A DNA stretch of 64,000 bases from Dimorphilus gyrociliatus. Its lineage: Eukaryota; Animalia; Annelida. The position numbers and the translations under genes are program-made. Below the pieces are notes generated by a model. That model was not told the DNA's origin and searched no databases. It saw only the letters and a program-made list of their open reading frames with translations. Numbering within the stretch: the first letter of the stretch is position 1; every line of letters starts with the position of its first letter. Below are positions 26,892 through 39,760 of this stretch, in pieces. Location of the stretch: contig CAJFCJ010000022.1 in NCBI GenBank assembly GCA_904063045.1, forward strand, positions 62,001-126,000. Reading direction: 5' to 3'.

Positions 26892-29132
26892 TTATAATAT
26901 GATTTGATTTTTGAAGCTTCCTCTCAATTCTTTATTTGGAAGAACGATGCTATTCAGTATCACAACTTCTGAGGGTACAAAAACACTTGAACCAATAACC
27001 GTAATAGATGGCTGAAGGCGTCCATCATTCGAAAACGCTCCACAAACGTCTAACTTGGCGAAAGGTTTATTTGGATTAGGATCATTAGCAGTGCCCTCAA
27101 TTCTAGTCCATTGTCCAATAGTCGCTCTCGGGCCAATAATCGTATAAAGTATACACGCGTGATCACCAACAATAGCTCCATCCAATATAAGAGTCTCACG
27201 AACTCGAACACCAGCTCCAATAGTAACTCCACTGCCTGATTAACAAAAATTATTGAAATAAAGAATTTATACTGATATACTATATATTAATATCAAATAC
27301 GAAAATAAATTAAGTAGCTTATATAGATTAGACTGTATAGCTATCATTATTATATTTTTACAAGTCTTTTCCTATTCCTATTTTATATAGTTGTAGTTTT
27401 TTTTCTACAATAGTTTTCAAATGTTCTCCCTTTTCACATTAAATAGATTGCATAAAAAACAAATTTAGTATATATATATATATATGTGTATATATCTTAT
27501 TTGTAATTTTTATAGATATAAGTAGCAAAGACCGAAATAAATTCATTAACAATTCTCGCCTTCCATACGATTGATTAATTCATTCAAATTGCTAATAGCC
27601 TAGAGACTTACGGAGGCGTAAGTTTCGAGAATTGCTTATTCATTGAATTAACCCAAACATTCACCTAACGTTTCTAGTTTAGCTCTTTTAATTTATTATA
27701 ATGTGAACATTAATAATATGTCTTTTTTTTTTACAAATGCTATCATTTATTCTTTTTTTCTGTTACGAAATAATCGCTTTTTTAATTTTTAATACTTTAA
27801 ATATTAATTTATTCTTAAACAGAATTTTTGAGTATTTTTTACACTATATTATTTTATGTTTAACGAATAACGAGAGGAAGAGTTCAGTTTAGTCGGTACG
27901 AAAATGTGAAGAAGCTTCTCTTATACTGTATATGTAAGATTGGAATATTAATAGTATTACTAGTTAATCGTAACACCATCTATTGGATAATCTTGAAGTT
28001 TAGAATAACAAAAGAAAAAAATACGAAACAAAGTAATTACTTACCAATTGTTACGTTTGGTCCTAGAGTCGCGGTTGGATCAACTCGGGCAGTTGCATGT
28101 ATAAATACGTCACCTATAATATTTGGTTGATTTGGACCTAGTTTAGCAAGTCTCTCTGGATGAGTTCGATGATAAATTGATAGATAATGACGATTAGCAA
28201 AAACGGCAGCTCCAGCGGATTTAATTTGCGACCAAAACTTTATAGTATGATATACGTGAATAATTCCATTAGAATCTTTTTCAGTTGTCATTTTGGCAAT
28301 AGCATCATCTAATTTAACAATATTCGGATTCTGTTCGGTCGATGTTAAATCGAAATTAATAGCTTCTTTAGAATTCTCAAGTTGTTTAGCGATGCAATTG
28401 AAAATATCAGGAGAAAATATATAAACTCCACAGTTTATTGTTGTACTAACAAATGTTTCGGGCTTTTCAACGTAATGCCTGACTCTATGAGTTTCACTAT
28501 CTTCAACAATGCAACCGTAATTTAGAGACTGTTGTCTAGTAGCATTTGTTCCAAGAATTGTATGATGAACACCCGGTCCTCGGGATTTATGAAATTCAAG
28601 CATTTCGGCAAGAGGAAAATCACAGCAAACATCGCAATTCATTACGAAAAATACTTCAGGATTTCCCGCTAAAATTTGATCTCGGAAATGATATAAAGCA
28701 CCTCCGGTACCCAATGGAGCGTATTCTTGTAAATAACGAATAAGAATGCGAAATTCATGCTGAACTTCCATAATAAATCGATGAAGAGCATCACTTTGTT
28801 GATATGAACCAATCAAAAGAATTTCTCTCAGACCCTTAATCTGTATAAGAAACACAATTACTGATTACTTCATTATTGCGTTTTGTCAACTATTTTTACC
28901 TTTCTGGCAGCATCTATATGATGATAAATCATAGGAAAACCGGCAACAGGAAATAAAGGCTTTAGTATATCCATAGAAAGTGGCCTGAATCTGGTACCTA
29001 TTATGAAACGAAATAAAGAATCACTCAAAATTTCGGCTATTTTCAAAAGTATTCAGTCTTGTTATGGTTTTTTTTACCTTTTTGAGGACCTCCTATCAAA
29101 ACTACAGCTTTTACCATACGTGTGTTAGTCAT
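26892..29132 (-). CDS. GMPPA: Mannose-1-phosphate guanylyltransferase alpha (regulatory subunit)
   Basis: [21 protein letters not shown]...[15 protein letters not shown]; [20 protein letters not shown]; [19 protein letters not shown]; hexapeptide left-handed beta-helix; C-terminus [18 protein letters not shown], typical of GMPPA. Confidence 0.95.
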
Positions 29133-29265
29133 GGTTTCAGAATATGATGTCTTTCCTCGGAGGCTGAGAAATTTTATTGAACTATTATTTCGTGGCAAGT
29201 CCGCTCGTTCGCATGAAAGTACGAAGATATTTTTACTATGATATTAATAACCTTGACCTTTAACA
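29133..29265. promoter_or_regulatory. Putative bidirectional promoter, GMPPA / MRPL27
   Basis: The divergent ATGs at 29132 (-) and 29266 (+) are separated by only 133 bp, and the spacer includes a more GC-rich core. Confidence 0.6.
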
Positions 29266-29741
29266 ATGTCTTTAACAAACGTGGGCAACAAACTTTTTCA
29301 ATTTACTAATCTTTTAGGTAATCAATTCGACAGTTTGTTACTATTTAATACAATCAATTTGTCTAATACTCTTTAGGTGCTGTAATAAGCAGAAGTGCAT
29401 CAAAAAAGGCTGGAGGTAGCACAAGAAATAAACGAACGAGAACGAAAGGAAAGAGTAGAGGTTTAAAAAAATGGGATGGAGATCAAGTAGAAAAAGGGAT
29501 GATTTTGGCCAGACAACTAGGGTTGAAATTTTATCCTGGACAAAACGTTGGTTGTGGTAGAGATTTAACACTTTTTGCTCTAGAAAAAGGAGAGGTCATG
29601 TGGAGTGTAGAGAAATTATCACCTCATCCGTATTCTCCTTTATATCCGGCCACACAAGCGGGAAGAATTGTTAAAAAACTATTTGTACATGTTTTACCAG
29701 AACCTCAACATCAAAATTTTAAATTAGTTTCGCTTGTATAA
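29266..29741 (+). CDS. MRPL27: Mitochondrial ribosomal protein L27 (bL27m); 2 exons
   Basis: Presequence exon, then ASKKAGGSTRN...RGLKKWDGDQVEKGMILARQLGLKFYPGQNVGCGRDLTLFALEKGEV, the L27 signature. Confidence 0.93.
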
Positions 29742-29890
29742 GTTTTATTAAAATACACAACAATCGATAAGAATATCGACTCTTTGCAAAAATAGAATCA
29801 GAAATAGAAAAGAATAGAATAAAAGTTGAAAGTATCAATAACTAATGCTCAATTGCAGATTTATTTACAGATAAAAACCACAATAACTGA

Positions 29891-32800
29891 TCAGATTCGA
29901 AACGAATATTTATTTCCTAAAGACGAAGCGTAATCAACAGCTCCAGCAATAACCAGTACTTGAGCTATTTGTTTAATCCATTCTCTTGCATCCTTGACAC
30001 TCTGCTCGCTAACATTAGCACTGACATCGCAACCCTCAGCAATTCTAACCAAGTATTTACAAAACATATCTAATTGGGGTAAAGTTTTCTTTTCCTTTAA
30101 ATCGTCAAACCATTCTTTCGGTATCGGTGTTACTATCTTCTCACATCTTACGAAAAATGTATTGTCAACAGGTAGGCACGACATACCCAATAAAATGTAT
30201 TTGTTTAAGAGACCGTCGAAAGCCAGATGCATAATTATTTCATCCGATAAAATATTGAACCATCCATATATTAATGAATAGCATTTTATACAACTCCAAA
30301 ATTGTCTGTTGAAAAACTGCGATGTTGGACTCGTTTTTGTTAATAAACTAAAAAATAGAGAAAAATAATAAGTTAATATACGACAAAAATGGATTTTTTA
30401 AAACCTACTTCTTTGAATATAAAGGTAGATAAATATCCTTGCTAATGACAGTTTCAATTTTTTTTACAATTGCCTTCATTAGTTCCTGAAAAAAACAATG
30501 AGATATTATTGTAAATTACTCACTTAAGTGCTTTCAAAAAATAGACAAACCTGCGAATTTTTACTGTTCTTGTTTAAAGTTGGAAAGGTATAAAATAAAT
30601 ATCTAACAAGCTTTTGTAGACGATTCGTTTGGCTTGAGCTAAGTGGATCCCAGACTTGATCAATGTAGGCAGTAAGCTTTGGTACAACAGTCTTTTCTAT
30701 AATTGTGGGTATTAACTTTATTTCATCATCTGATAAATTCGCTTTCATATTATACATTGCTAGTTCATGTATCCATTTCATTTCACTCAAAACTTTATTC
30801 GATTCCAGAGGATTCCAGTCTACAAGAGACAATCTAACGAACGGACTAAATAATTTCGGAAGGCATAAAGCAATATATGCCTCATTATAAGAATTCGGTT
30901 GTTCTAAAGACCAATTTTCAAAGCGCTTAGATATTAAACGAATATCACAATATTCGTCATCTACATCTTCAAAAAGCCGGCTAGCCTCGGTTGAAATATG
31001 AGCTAAAGAAAAAAAAAGATTTTTAACAGATGTATTATTTTTTATAGAAATATAAATCGATTACTTTTATCGGCCTCAAATTTTGAATATTCGCCTGAAA
31101 TCATCTCTTCATCTGTCGATGTACCTTCAAAGTGATCAACTATGTTCAAACGTAGTCTATTCTGTCGCCTTCTTTTCCGTCTAGCTTCTCGTTCAGTACT
31201 TCTACTGATACTTTCTTCTTCCGTGTGTTGCTCTAAAAATATAGATATTTCAATTAAGAACTACAGTTTTAAAATTGTATTTCAACTCACTTCCTGCTGG
31301 ACCGTATTCTAACGATTCATCGTTAATATCTAATTGTCTGCGCTTGCTAAGTTTAGCGGCTCTCTGTGCATAGAGTTTAAGATAACTTTCTTCAAGATGA
31401 ACAATTTTCGGAAACTAAAATAGTAAAAAAGCATAAATAAATAAATGCTTACGTATTATTTTTAATATATACCTTTTCTTGTAAACATTCTATTAAATCT
31501 TGAACATACGCTCTCGTTTCTTGATAAAATTCAAAGTCTTTTTCAAGTTTTGGCGAGATATCAGATGTTTCATCCATACTAAGTTTGACATCTTTAAGAC
31601 GTTCGCATAAGGAATTTCTTTCTTGAACATGACCACTATGAACACTTGACATTGATTCTAACCTAATAAAATGCAATCATATTAGATCAATCAAATCGTT
31701 TTAAGGTAATGTTACCTCTGAGCAATCTTCAATCTTATGGCTTCGACAGATATTTCCCTCAAGTTCTCTGTATTTTTAAATGTCGGTCGGTTGCCTAAAA
31801 TATTTTCAGAGGTTTTAGAATTCCGTAACGGCGATGGTACATCTTCATCATCTGACACATTTATTATAGGACGTCTTTTCAAAGGAGCAACATTTACAGC
31901 TTTACGGATTTGCTGATCTTCCCAACTTTCAGTTTCTTCATTTTCTGAGGATAAAAAAATTGTGAAATTGACTATTCTTAAGGTCGCACTAAAAATTATA
32001 CAATTCTTACCATGTTCTGCAGCCATAATAGTGTTACTAATTTCTCTTCTTTCTAGCTCAAAATCTTTTTCTGCGTGAAATTTAATTCGTTCCTCATCTT
32101 CTGAAGCATCATTTTCGTCTTCCCTGATTAAACGCCCACACTTATCATCCGGTTCTTCTTTCTCTACAGGAATATAATCTCCTCGCTCCCTTGCCAGCTG
32201 TCGCTTTTTCTTTGCGTTATGAATAAATGTTGCATCCGGAATGGTTCCAGCTGCAAATAAGAATTATTTCAAACGTGCAAATGATATTGATATAAGCTTG
32301 CTAATTCTAACTGAAAACATTATATTTAATATATCTCAAAATTACTAACAACAAAAAGACAATACCGACAGCTCAAAACATCTCTGTATCTCGTGGAAAA
32401 AGTATGCTCTCGACCGTCATCAATCTCATCCTCTTCGTGTTCCACAATAGGCGAGGGTGTTCGTGGGGTGGGGGCACAAGATGTTTCTTCAGCCACTTCT
32501 CCAACTTGCTGCAACCAAATATTAGTTTTAGTTTCCTATTGTTTTATATGAATTTATATAAATATTTTCGAAAGTAGTGTTGTCTTTGCCATAATTAACC
32601 CTTTATCGCTCAGCTAAAATTGAATAGTTAATTACTGTGAAAACGTTATATTTTATGAGATAAAAAATTTCTGCAACGACTATAAGTTAACTTTACAATA
32701 TAGAAATTTGTATTGTAAAGCAAAGTGTTCATCGAATATGTGTGCATATTTCATGGAGCGTATGTCAGCATATACTATATATTCTAAATAATGATACCAA

Positions 32801-33238
32801 CAGCCAAAATCACAATTGTGATGGATTTGTGAATTATATCAACAGTGTAACTATTTAAAAAAATATTTAACATAACTTACATTTTCGATTAATTGTTTTT
32901 TCTTATCCTTTTTTTCTCGTTTGTGTTTTCGAGCCATTCGACGACTTTGACTGGACTTTTTGACTTTAAACTCCTCCGTATCTATTAGGTAGTCATCGTT
33001 ACGAAATAGACGTTATTAATTAACCTAACTTACCGGCTTCATCATCAATTGAGAAACTAATAACAGGACCCTTAGTTTCTAATATTTCTTCAGGTTTATT
33101 TTCTTCGCCATTACCTTCTTCCTCCGGATCTTCAGTTTTTGTTTTGGGTATAACTCGATTTTCTGTATCTTCATCGTCATCTTGACTTTTCCTACGTCCC
33201 CTAAAATTACGTTTCGGCTTCTTAAACATATTTTTCAT
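29891..33238 (-). CDS. PAXBP1: PAX3/PAX7-binding protein 1 / GCFC-domain spliceosome disassembly factor (NTR2-like)
   Basis: MFKKPKRNFR..., GTIPDATFIHNAKKKRQLAR, FYQETRAYVQDLIECLQEKV, DWNPLE, IIEKTVVPKL...WDPLSSSQT (GCFC domain); multi-exon. Confidence 0.85.
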
Positions 33239-33258
33239 AAGGACGTAATTCTACCGAA

Positions 33259-33279
33259 CGGAAGCGGAAACTAGTTCCG
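33259..33279. promoter_or_regulatory. Tandem ETS/GABP-like CGGAA motifs upstream of PAXBP1
   Basis: CGGAAGCGGAAA plus an inverted TTCCG lie within about 40 bp of the start codon. Confidence 0.4.
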
Positions 33280-33754
33280 CACAAACTGCTAAAAAATATC
33301 TTTACTCTGCGGGATAATGAATATTAATGAGTTGACAGAATATTCCACCTTAAACTTAGACGTGTTTCGATTAGTTTATAAACTACCGTAATCCAAGGAT
33401 ATATTGCTAAATAATCCTCACTTAATTCAAAATAAAGTTTATTCTGATAAATATACGATTGAGTGACTATCATTAAATAGAACGATACTTTGTAAAAAAT
33501 ATTTTTATTCGAGTTAACTAAACAATAAATAACGCGGTATATAAGTTCTAGAATAATTTATTACAAACCACAAAACAAATTTAAAAATATACTTTATTAA
33601 AATTGTTTGAGAGAAAATTTACTTATAAATTGTATTCACTTCAAAATAGAATTGTACAAGGCTTGTTGAAAAATAATTTGATTTATAAGAAATATACGCA
33701 CTTTTCCATTTATAAACTATGTTCAGTCAACTTTAAAATCAATTTAAAAAGAAG

Positions 33755-36700
33755 TTAAGTGGGAATCGCTGGAAAGAAGGACTGATTCACAGTTTTCCGC
33801 TTGCCGGACATGAGACCTCCAGGCGATGCATAATTTTCATCATATAGTTTTTCTTCTTCGATGTTCTGTAAATAAAATAAATCAATTAATAATATCTACT
33901 TTTCGCTACGAATTCATGACTGAAGTCGCGAAAAAAACTAATAACTTCTCTTTTAACAGATTTCCTTTTTAAATTTATTTTTTATTTCAGTCAATGATTC
34001 TGTTTAATTTTCACTTGAAATCTAACACTATTAAAAGTTAGAAATCAAGTAAAAAGAGATAAATATACGCAAATTTTTAGTTAAAAAATCCCAAACCAAT
34101 AGCAGGTAAAGTAAATTAGAAACCAAAAATCCCATGGTAAACAAAAATCGCAAGGACATGACGTAAAAAAAAGGTTATATTACCCGTTGACTTTTAGTCC
34201 TTTCATTAAAAGATTTTTACCTTATGTTTATAGTGTGTTTTAGTAAATTAACGTACCCGAGAAGTTTCCTTATTTAGACAAAAGGTAGAGCATTTACATC
34301 TCTCCGTACAAGCCACGTTATTCTTTTTACAACCGCAATTTTTTGTGCAAGACGTTTTACACTTACAAATCGCCACAGGGTTGGAAATATTATTGTTTTG
34401 TGGTTTTTCCCGCGAAACGGTCAGACGCTGTTAGGGAAAAAGTAAAGCTAAAGTGTTATTGAACAAAAAATTAAAGGGGTTAAAGGCAGGTCAAACGGAA
34501 AACCTGCAATCCATATCCCATTTATAATCGTTACCATTAATGTCGAAAACTGCATGCATAAAAATACGCTTTTAAACTTATAAATCTAATTGTAAAAAAT
34601 ATTCTAAATTTCCGTCAATAACAAGGTAAAGTCGACAAAAAACATTAAAGACATTAATCTGATGGGATTAATTTTTTTAAACAACAAGATTTCTCCATTA
34701 AATTTACTAATTATATTTGAATATTCTGTATAAATAAAGAAAAGAAATAAATTACCCTTTTAAGATTTCCTTGTGATACTGGGGTCCAATTAGGATCAGT
34801 TGATTTTGCTGGTGATGGAACGCGATTTTCCTCATCACTTTCAAGGCATGTATAATTATCCAAAGTTCCATCACTATCAGTTGATGAACTTCTTTTCACA
34901 GCCTTTTTTGAAGGTGATACAGGGTGACAGAAGGTTGTATTGTGCCTGTCACATTCGGTTATTTGCTTCTCCTCCATATTAATTGTATCAATTGAAAAAG
35001 TTGAATTTAACGCTGCCTCAGACTGACCGTCAGTTTCCATCTTTATGTATTGGCCTTCTATTCTCTGACGATATTTTTCATTTTCTTCCCTTAGGGCATC
35101 CAATTCCTCGTAAACGCTGGAAAGCTGACGAAGTTTTTCCTCCTATATAAATCATGATTGAACTCTATTGATGTTCATAATAAACATGTGTTGTTTTGAT
35201 GTACTTACATGAGCGGAAAGTCTATGTTCGTAACTTTTGTCCTTGGTTTGTGTTTCGACACTACATGTACCTAGTTGAAGGCAAGCCAGGACATTGTTCT
35301 CATTATCTCTCCTCAATCGTTCCATATCTTTCTGGTGTAAATCTTTTAGTTCTTGTATTTCTGAAAAGTTGCTTTCAATTTCCTTTCTGGCTTCTTCTAA
35401 TAATTTTGTTTTTTTTTTTAAGTCTATTTTTGTGCTAAGAGCCGTATCTGCAAACCAGCGCAATGCGCACTTTGCTTCGACGATACTCTTAATTCCATCC
35501 CATTTGTTCATTTTGTCACCAGATTTTTCAGCATCAGATATTTTCCTTTGAAGCTCTTGAATAAAAGCATTCTTTGTCATAACTTCATTTTCCATTTGCT
35601 TTATCTTCTCCCTTAACTCTAGATTTGACGAATCTTTTTGTTTATACATTGTCAACATTTGGCGCTTGAGAGGAGGACCTGATGGATCTAATCTAGATTT
35701 TAGTTTAGTTAGCTCCTCATTCAAATGTTTTCGTTCACGCATTTCTTGACTTAGAGCTTCTCGAGCTTCTTCAATACTCAATATTAATTGAAATTCTCTT
35801 TTTATGTATTTTCTTGTTCTTTGACCTATGCCACCAGCATCTGCTTTAGCTTGATGGTTATTCCTTTCATCCAATGCTTGCTTTTGTTTTTCCATTGCTT
35901 CCTGTAGTCTTTTATTGACAGCTTGATATTCTTCAGCTTTTCGTTTAAGAACGGCTAATCTTTTATCTTTCACTTTCGATTCCTTAGCCATTTCAGCGGC
36001 TCTCTTTCGTTGCTGCGCCTAATTTTTTTCCTCTTTAGATAACATTTAAAATATTTTGTAGCACTTACCTTAAACTGCATAATCTCTTTATCTTTCATTT
36101 GCATCATTCGCTGATACTCAGTAGATTCTTCTTTCATCTGCTTCAATAATCTTACTCTGGTTCTTTTCAAGGATATCATTTCGCTTTGAATCTTATTAAT
36201 TTCTTCTTGTCGAGCCTTTGTCATCTGAAATTTTTTCCAACTTACTTTTTGCATCTTAATATAATATATTTCCTTACTTTTAATAGCCTATCTTTGTCAG
36301 CCATTTTCTTCCGTAGATCTCCAATCTTTTGTTCTAATTCCTTGCAACGCTTGCGATGCGTCTCAGCAACCCTGTGAAGCAATACAGTTAGTATAAGTAA
36401 AGTATACGATGTATGTTTATAAGTTTTACTTTGAATTCTTTTCTGCATATTTAACTTCGTCCAATTTCTTCTTCTGCTGATCTAATTCATTTTCGAGTCT
36501 CTTGATTTCGTGCTGAAGTTAAAATACAAAAACTTTATACTATTTAATGGCTTTCACTTCAAACGTACCTCATAATGTTCTTTTAGTTCGCTAATCTTAT
36601 TTCCATTTTCTGTCATATCTTTGATTAGTTTTTGTTTTGCTGCCAATTTTCCTGTTAATTCTTCAATCTAAAATGGAGTTAATCTTTTCGTTAAAAAAAA

Positions 36701-39549
36701 ACCATATTGGAAAAAAATGTTACAAACATCTTTGTTCATTCTTGCTCTGCGTAAAGTAAAGGCTGTGCACGTTAAATCCTTTTTATCTTGGTCATGATCT
36801 TCCTCATCATCACTAGTTTCTGGAGTATGAGATTGAGTATCTCGTAATTTTTCTGGGTCAATATTTGTCAATTCATCCAAATCTTGAACAAGTGAATGAA
36901 GAAAAGTGTGATTTGATCGATTTTCCGTTGTTTCTTCTGTTAATAAAATGACTTAAAAACTAATTTCCTTAACTAATAAACTTCTCTTGTACCAATTTCT
37001 GTTGTTGTAGATGATATGGCCTCTTCTTTTTCGGAAATGACTTCAGGCTTTATGGTTCCAATTGAACGACTGTTTTACAAAAACATATTAGCTGTATGCA
37101 TGTGTATATATATATATATATATATAGATAAATTTACCTTGTCCTCTCCTTTAAGTGACCTATTTTGGATTGATAATGTTCTAAAACCATTTCGTATTGA
37201 ATGACTTTTTCCTGTAGGGTTGCTGAAATCTCTGTAGCTTGTGTAAGTTCATTTAGTAAATTGTCTCGTTCTCCCTGTTGATCAATGGAAAGTTTAATAA
37301 GATAATTTTTCTCACAATTTTTCTCAAAATTAATACCTCTAATTTTTCTATCTTTTTGGAAACAGCGGGAGTAATTCCCGTTGAACTTTCATGAACAACA
37401 GCAGTTGTTGACGCAGCGCCACTGTTTAAAATATTTAAATTAAAGAAAAGTAAATAAACATGATTATAATTAGACTTTACCAAGTACAAAGTGCCAACTG
37501 TCTCTCTTTTTCTTGTAGCTACATAATTAGTAATGAATGATCAATATGAAAAAACTTTCCTATAAAAGACTTACTAATTGTCTTAATCTAAATAATTCCG
37601 CTTGAATCGGATCCCGATTGACTTTAGCTTTATTTGTTATTTTCCTTGCTCTATCAGCGTATTGTAACGTAGAATGAGTCTCATCATAGTTCGAATCAGC
37701 CGGACTGATACATGCTATCATAAGAGTCTGAGAATTACCTCCTAACGAGTCTTTAAAAAGGAAATAACTATGGCATTAAATTATCATGAAATATATCATA
37801 ACATACCCTGCAAAAGCCTTGTAAGTTTAGAATCTCTGTATGGAACGTATCGAGCTTTCTTACCATTTTCTCCAGATAAAGCGGCAATAACATTACCAAG
37901 AATATGAAGACCCATGTTTATATTTATTCCTAAGAAAAGAATTTTATGAAAGTGTTGATATATTTTTAAATATACAGTACCCGCTAATACATCACTGTTA
38001 CAAAATGAAAAATATAATTTTTTCTCTTTGCATACTTGATGAAAAGAAATGAAAGTCTTATGATTCCAGTGAGAATATATATGTTTTTTTTGCTTTATAT
38101 CTCAGAAATGATTATATTAATGTAATATACCTTATTTTCAATGGGAGCATTTACAGTAGCTGTTACAGTGAGAAAAATTTCATCTAAAAAATATTTCGTT
38201 TTTTCTTATTTCTACTTTTACTTGATATGATATTAAGTATTTTAATGTTTAAATATTTTAAATAGTTTTTAAATGAAATTTTCTGATTTTTACAGTTCCC
38301 CATGTTCCCATCGAACGTAGGCCCATTCCATTAAAACAACTACTTTTCTGAGATATTAAGCAAAAACATATATTTTCTCTCTAGAATGACAAGAAGAATA
38401 TTATTAAACATATTAATAGCCTTCATTTCTTTTCTTTAAGTATACAAAGTGAAAATATAAAAAAATATTTATTTTTCGTGGTGTAACAACGACTATTGGC
38501 CGTTAGTGAATGTATTAATATATATATATATAATTTATACCCTCTTTTAATCTTTCTCCTTCGGCTCTTGTCTTTTTTTGTCTTTCTGATCCTGCCAAAT
38601 CGACCAAATGAAATTTTGCATGACAAATATCATCTCTAAAATAAAATTAAAAATGACTAACAAGATTATAATGTAATTTTCTCCTACGTACACATCGTCC
38701 GCTCTCGTCCTCGATATATAAATAGTAAAAACCGCGTGACTCCTACTAGAAGTTAAATTCATAGCTGTAGCTCCTGTTGAACGATGGCCTACGCCAACTT
38801 TGAAAGAAGCTAATGTTTCTTCCGCTGTTGTTACTACCATCTCATGAAGTCCTGTTGCCATAATTCCTCCTCTAGGATCTTCTCTGACTTGTATCGTTTC
38901 ACGTTGATCATCGCTATTGACCAATAAATCTCTAAAATTCTCGTTGTATAATTCGAGATATGTCACTTTTGTAGTATAATTGAAGTCCGTTCTCTCTCGA
39001 AAACCTTTTTTTAAAAATTAAGTTTTCAATACTAAGAGTAACAAAGACAATAATGTAAACAATGACAATACTATACCTTCAAATAAATCATAAATAACTT
39101 TTTGAATAACTCCCTCTTTATTTTCTTCTACTGGTGAATGATCAGATCCACTCATAGTGTGAGTTTTGCCGCTACCTGTTTGACCGTATGCCAAAACGGT
39201 AGCATTATATCCTGAATGTTGGAAATATAATTTGAGTTTGTCATTTAGTCATGATTACACATTTTTTTACCATCAAATATGCCTTCGACGAGAGGAGCAA
39301 CTGCTTCTTGATAGATTGTATCTTGACCCATATGAGCAGGAAAAGCATAATCATATGTGAAACTTTTATGCCCTCCCAAAATGACCTATTAAAACTTGGT
39401 TTAAGTTTTGAAGTGAGATATATTTCGCTTGAAATTACCTGAGGTTCATCGCATGCAAAATCTATACAATTAGCACAGCCTTCTAAAATTTCCTTTTGTC
39501 CTAGAGGACGACAACGAAGAGCAACTTTAACGGGTATAACTTTTGACAT
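33755..39549 (-). CDS. KIF4: Chromokinesin KIF4 (kinesin-4)
   Basis: [23 protein letters not shown] (P-loop), [31 protein letters not shown], long coiled coil, CXC domain [15 protein letters not shown]...C...C.C...C (exon 34427-34256) and a last exon ending [15 protein letters not shown]. Confidence 0.95.
37975..38507. mobile_element. Tc1/mariner-type MITE, degenerate longer copy in a KIF4 intron
   Basis: Begins TA|CAGT. The left arm (about 37985-38130) is the approximate reverse complement of the right arm (about 38340-38505). Interior segments match the 49236-49574 element. The right end is decayed. Confidence 0.75.
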
Positions 39550-39659
39550 GTTTTCCTACTGAGTATCGTTCACAGAAGTTTCTGAGAAGCGCTATTTTAA
39601 AAACTGTAAAGTTCTAACAAAAAGAAGGCTTATAACAGTTAATAAATAATTCGCTTCAG

Positions 39660-39760
39660 AAATCGTCGATATTGGCTTTTAAAATCGACGAATAACAGAA
39701 AACGTCCACAGTTGCAATTTGATTTTAGCCAATATGGCGGTTTGTTAGATCACGTGACAA
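39660..39760 (-). promoter_or_regulatory. KIF4 promoter with two CCAAT boxes, a CHR-like TTTAAA, a YY1-like CCGCCAT and an E-box
   Basis: ATTGG at about 39671, CCAAT at about 39729, TTTTAAAA at about 39677, CCGCCATATTGG on the minus strand and CACGTG at about 39751. Confidence 0.45.

Noticed and set aside
34428-34510. Upstream GCAG|G acceptor that would truncate KIF4 before the CXC domain
   Set aside because: It has no pyrimidine tract, while the downstream acceptor at 34428 has one and restores the conserved CXC frame.
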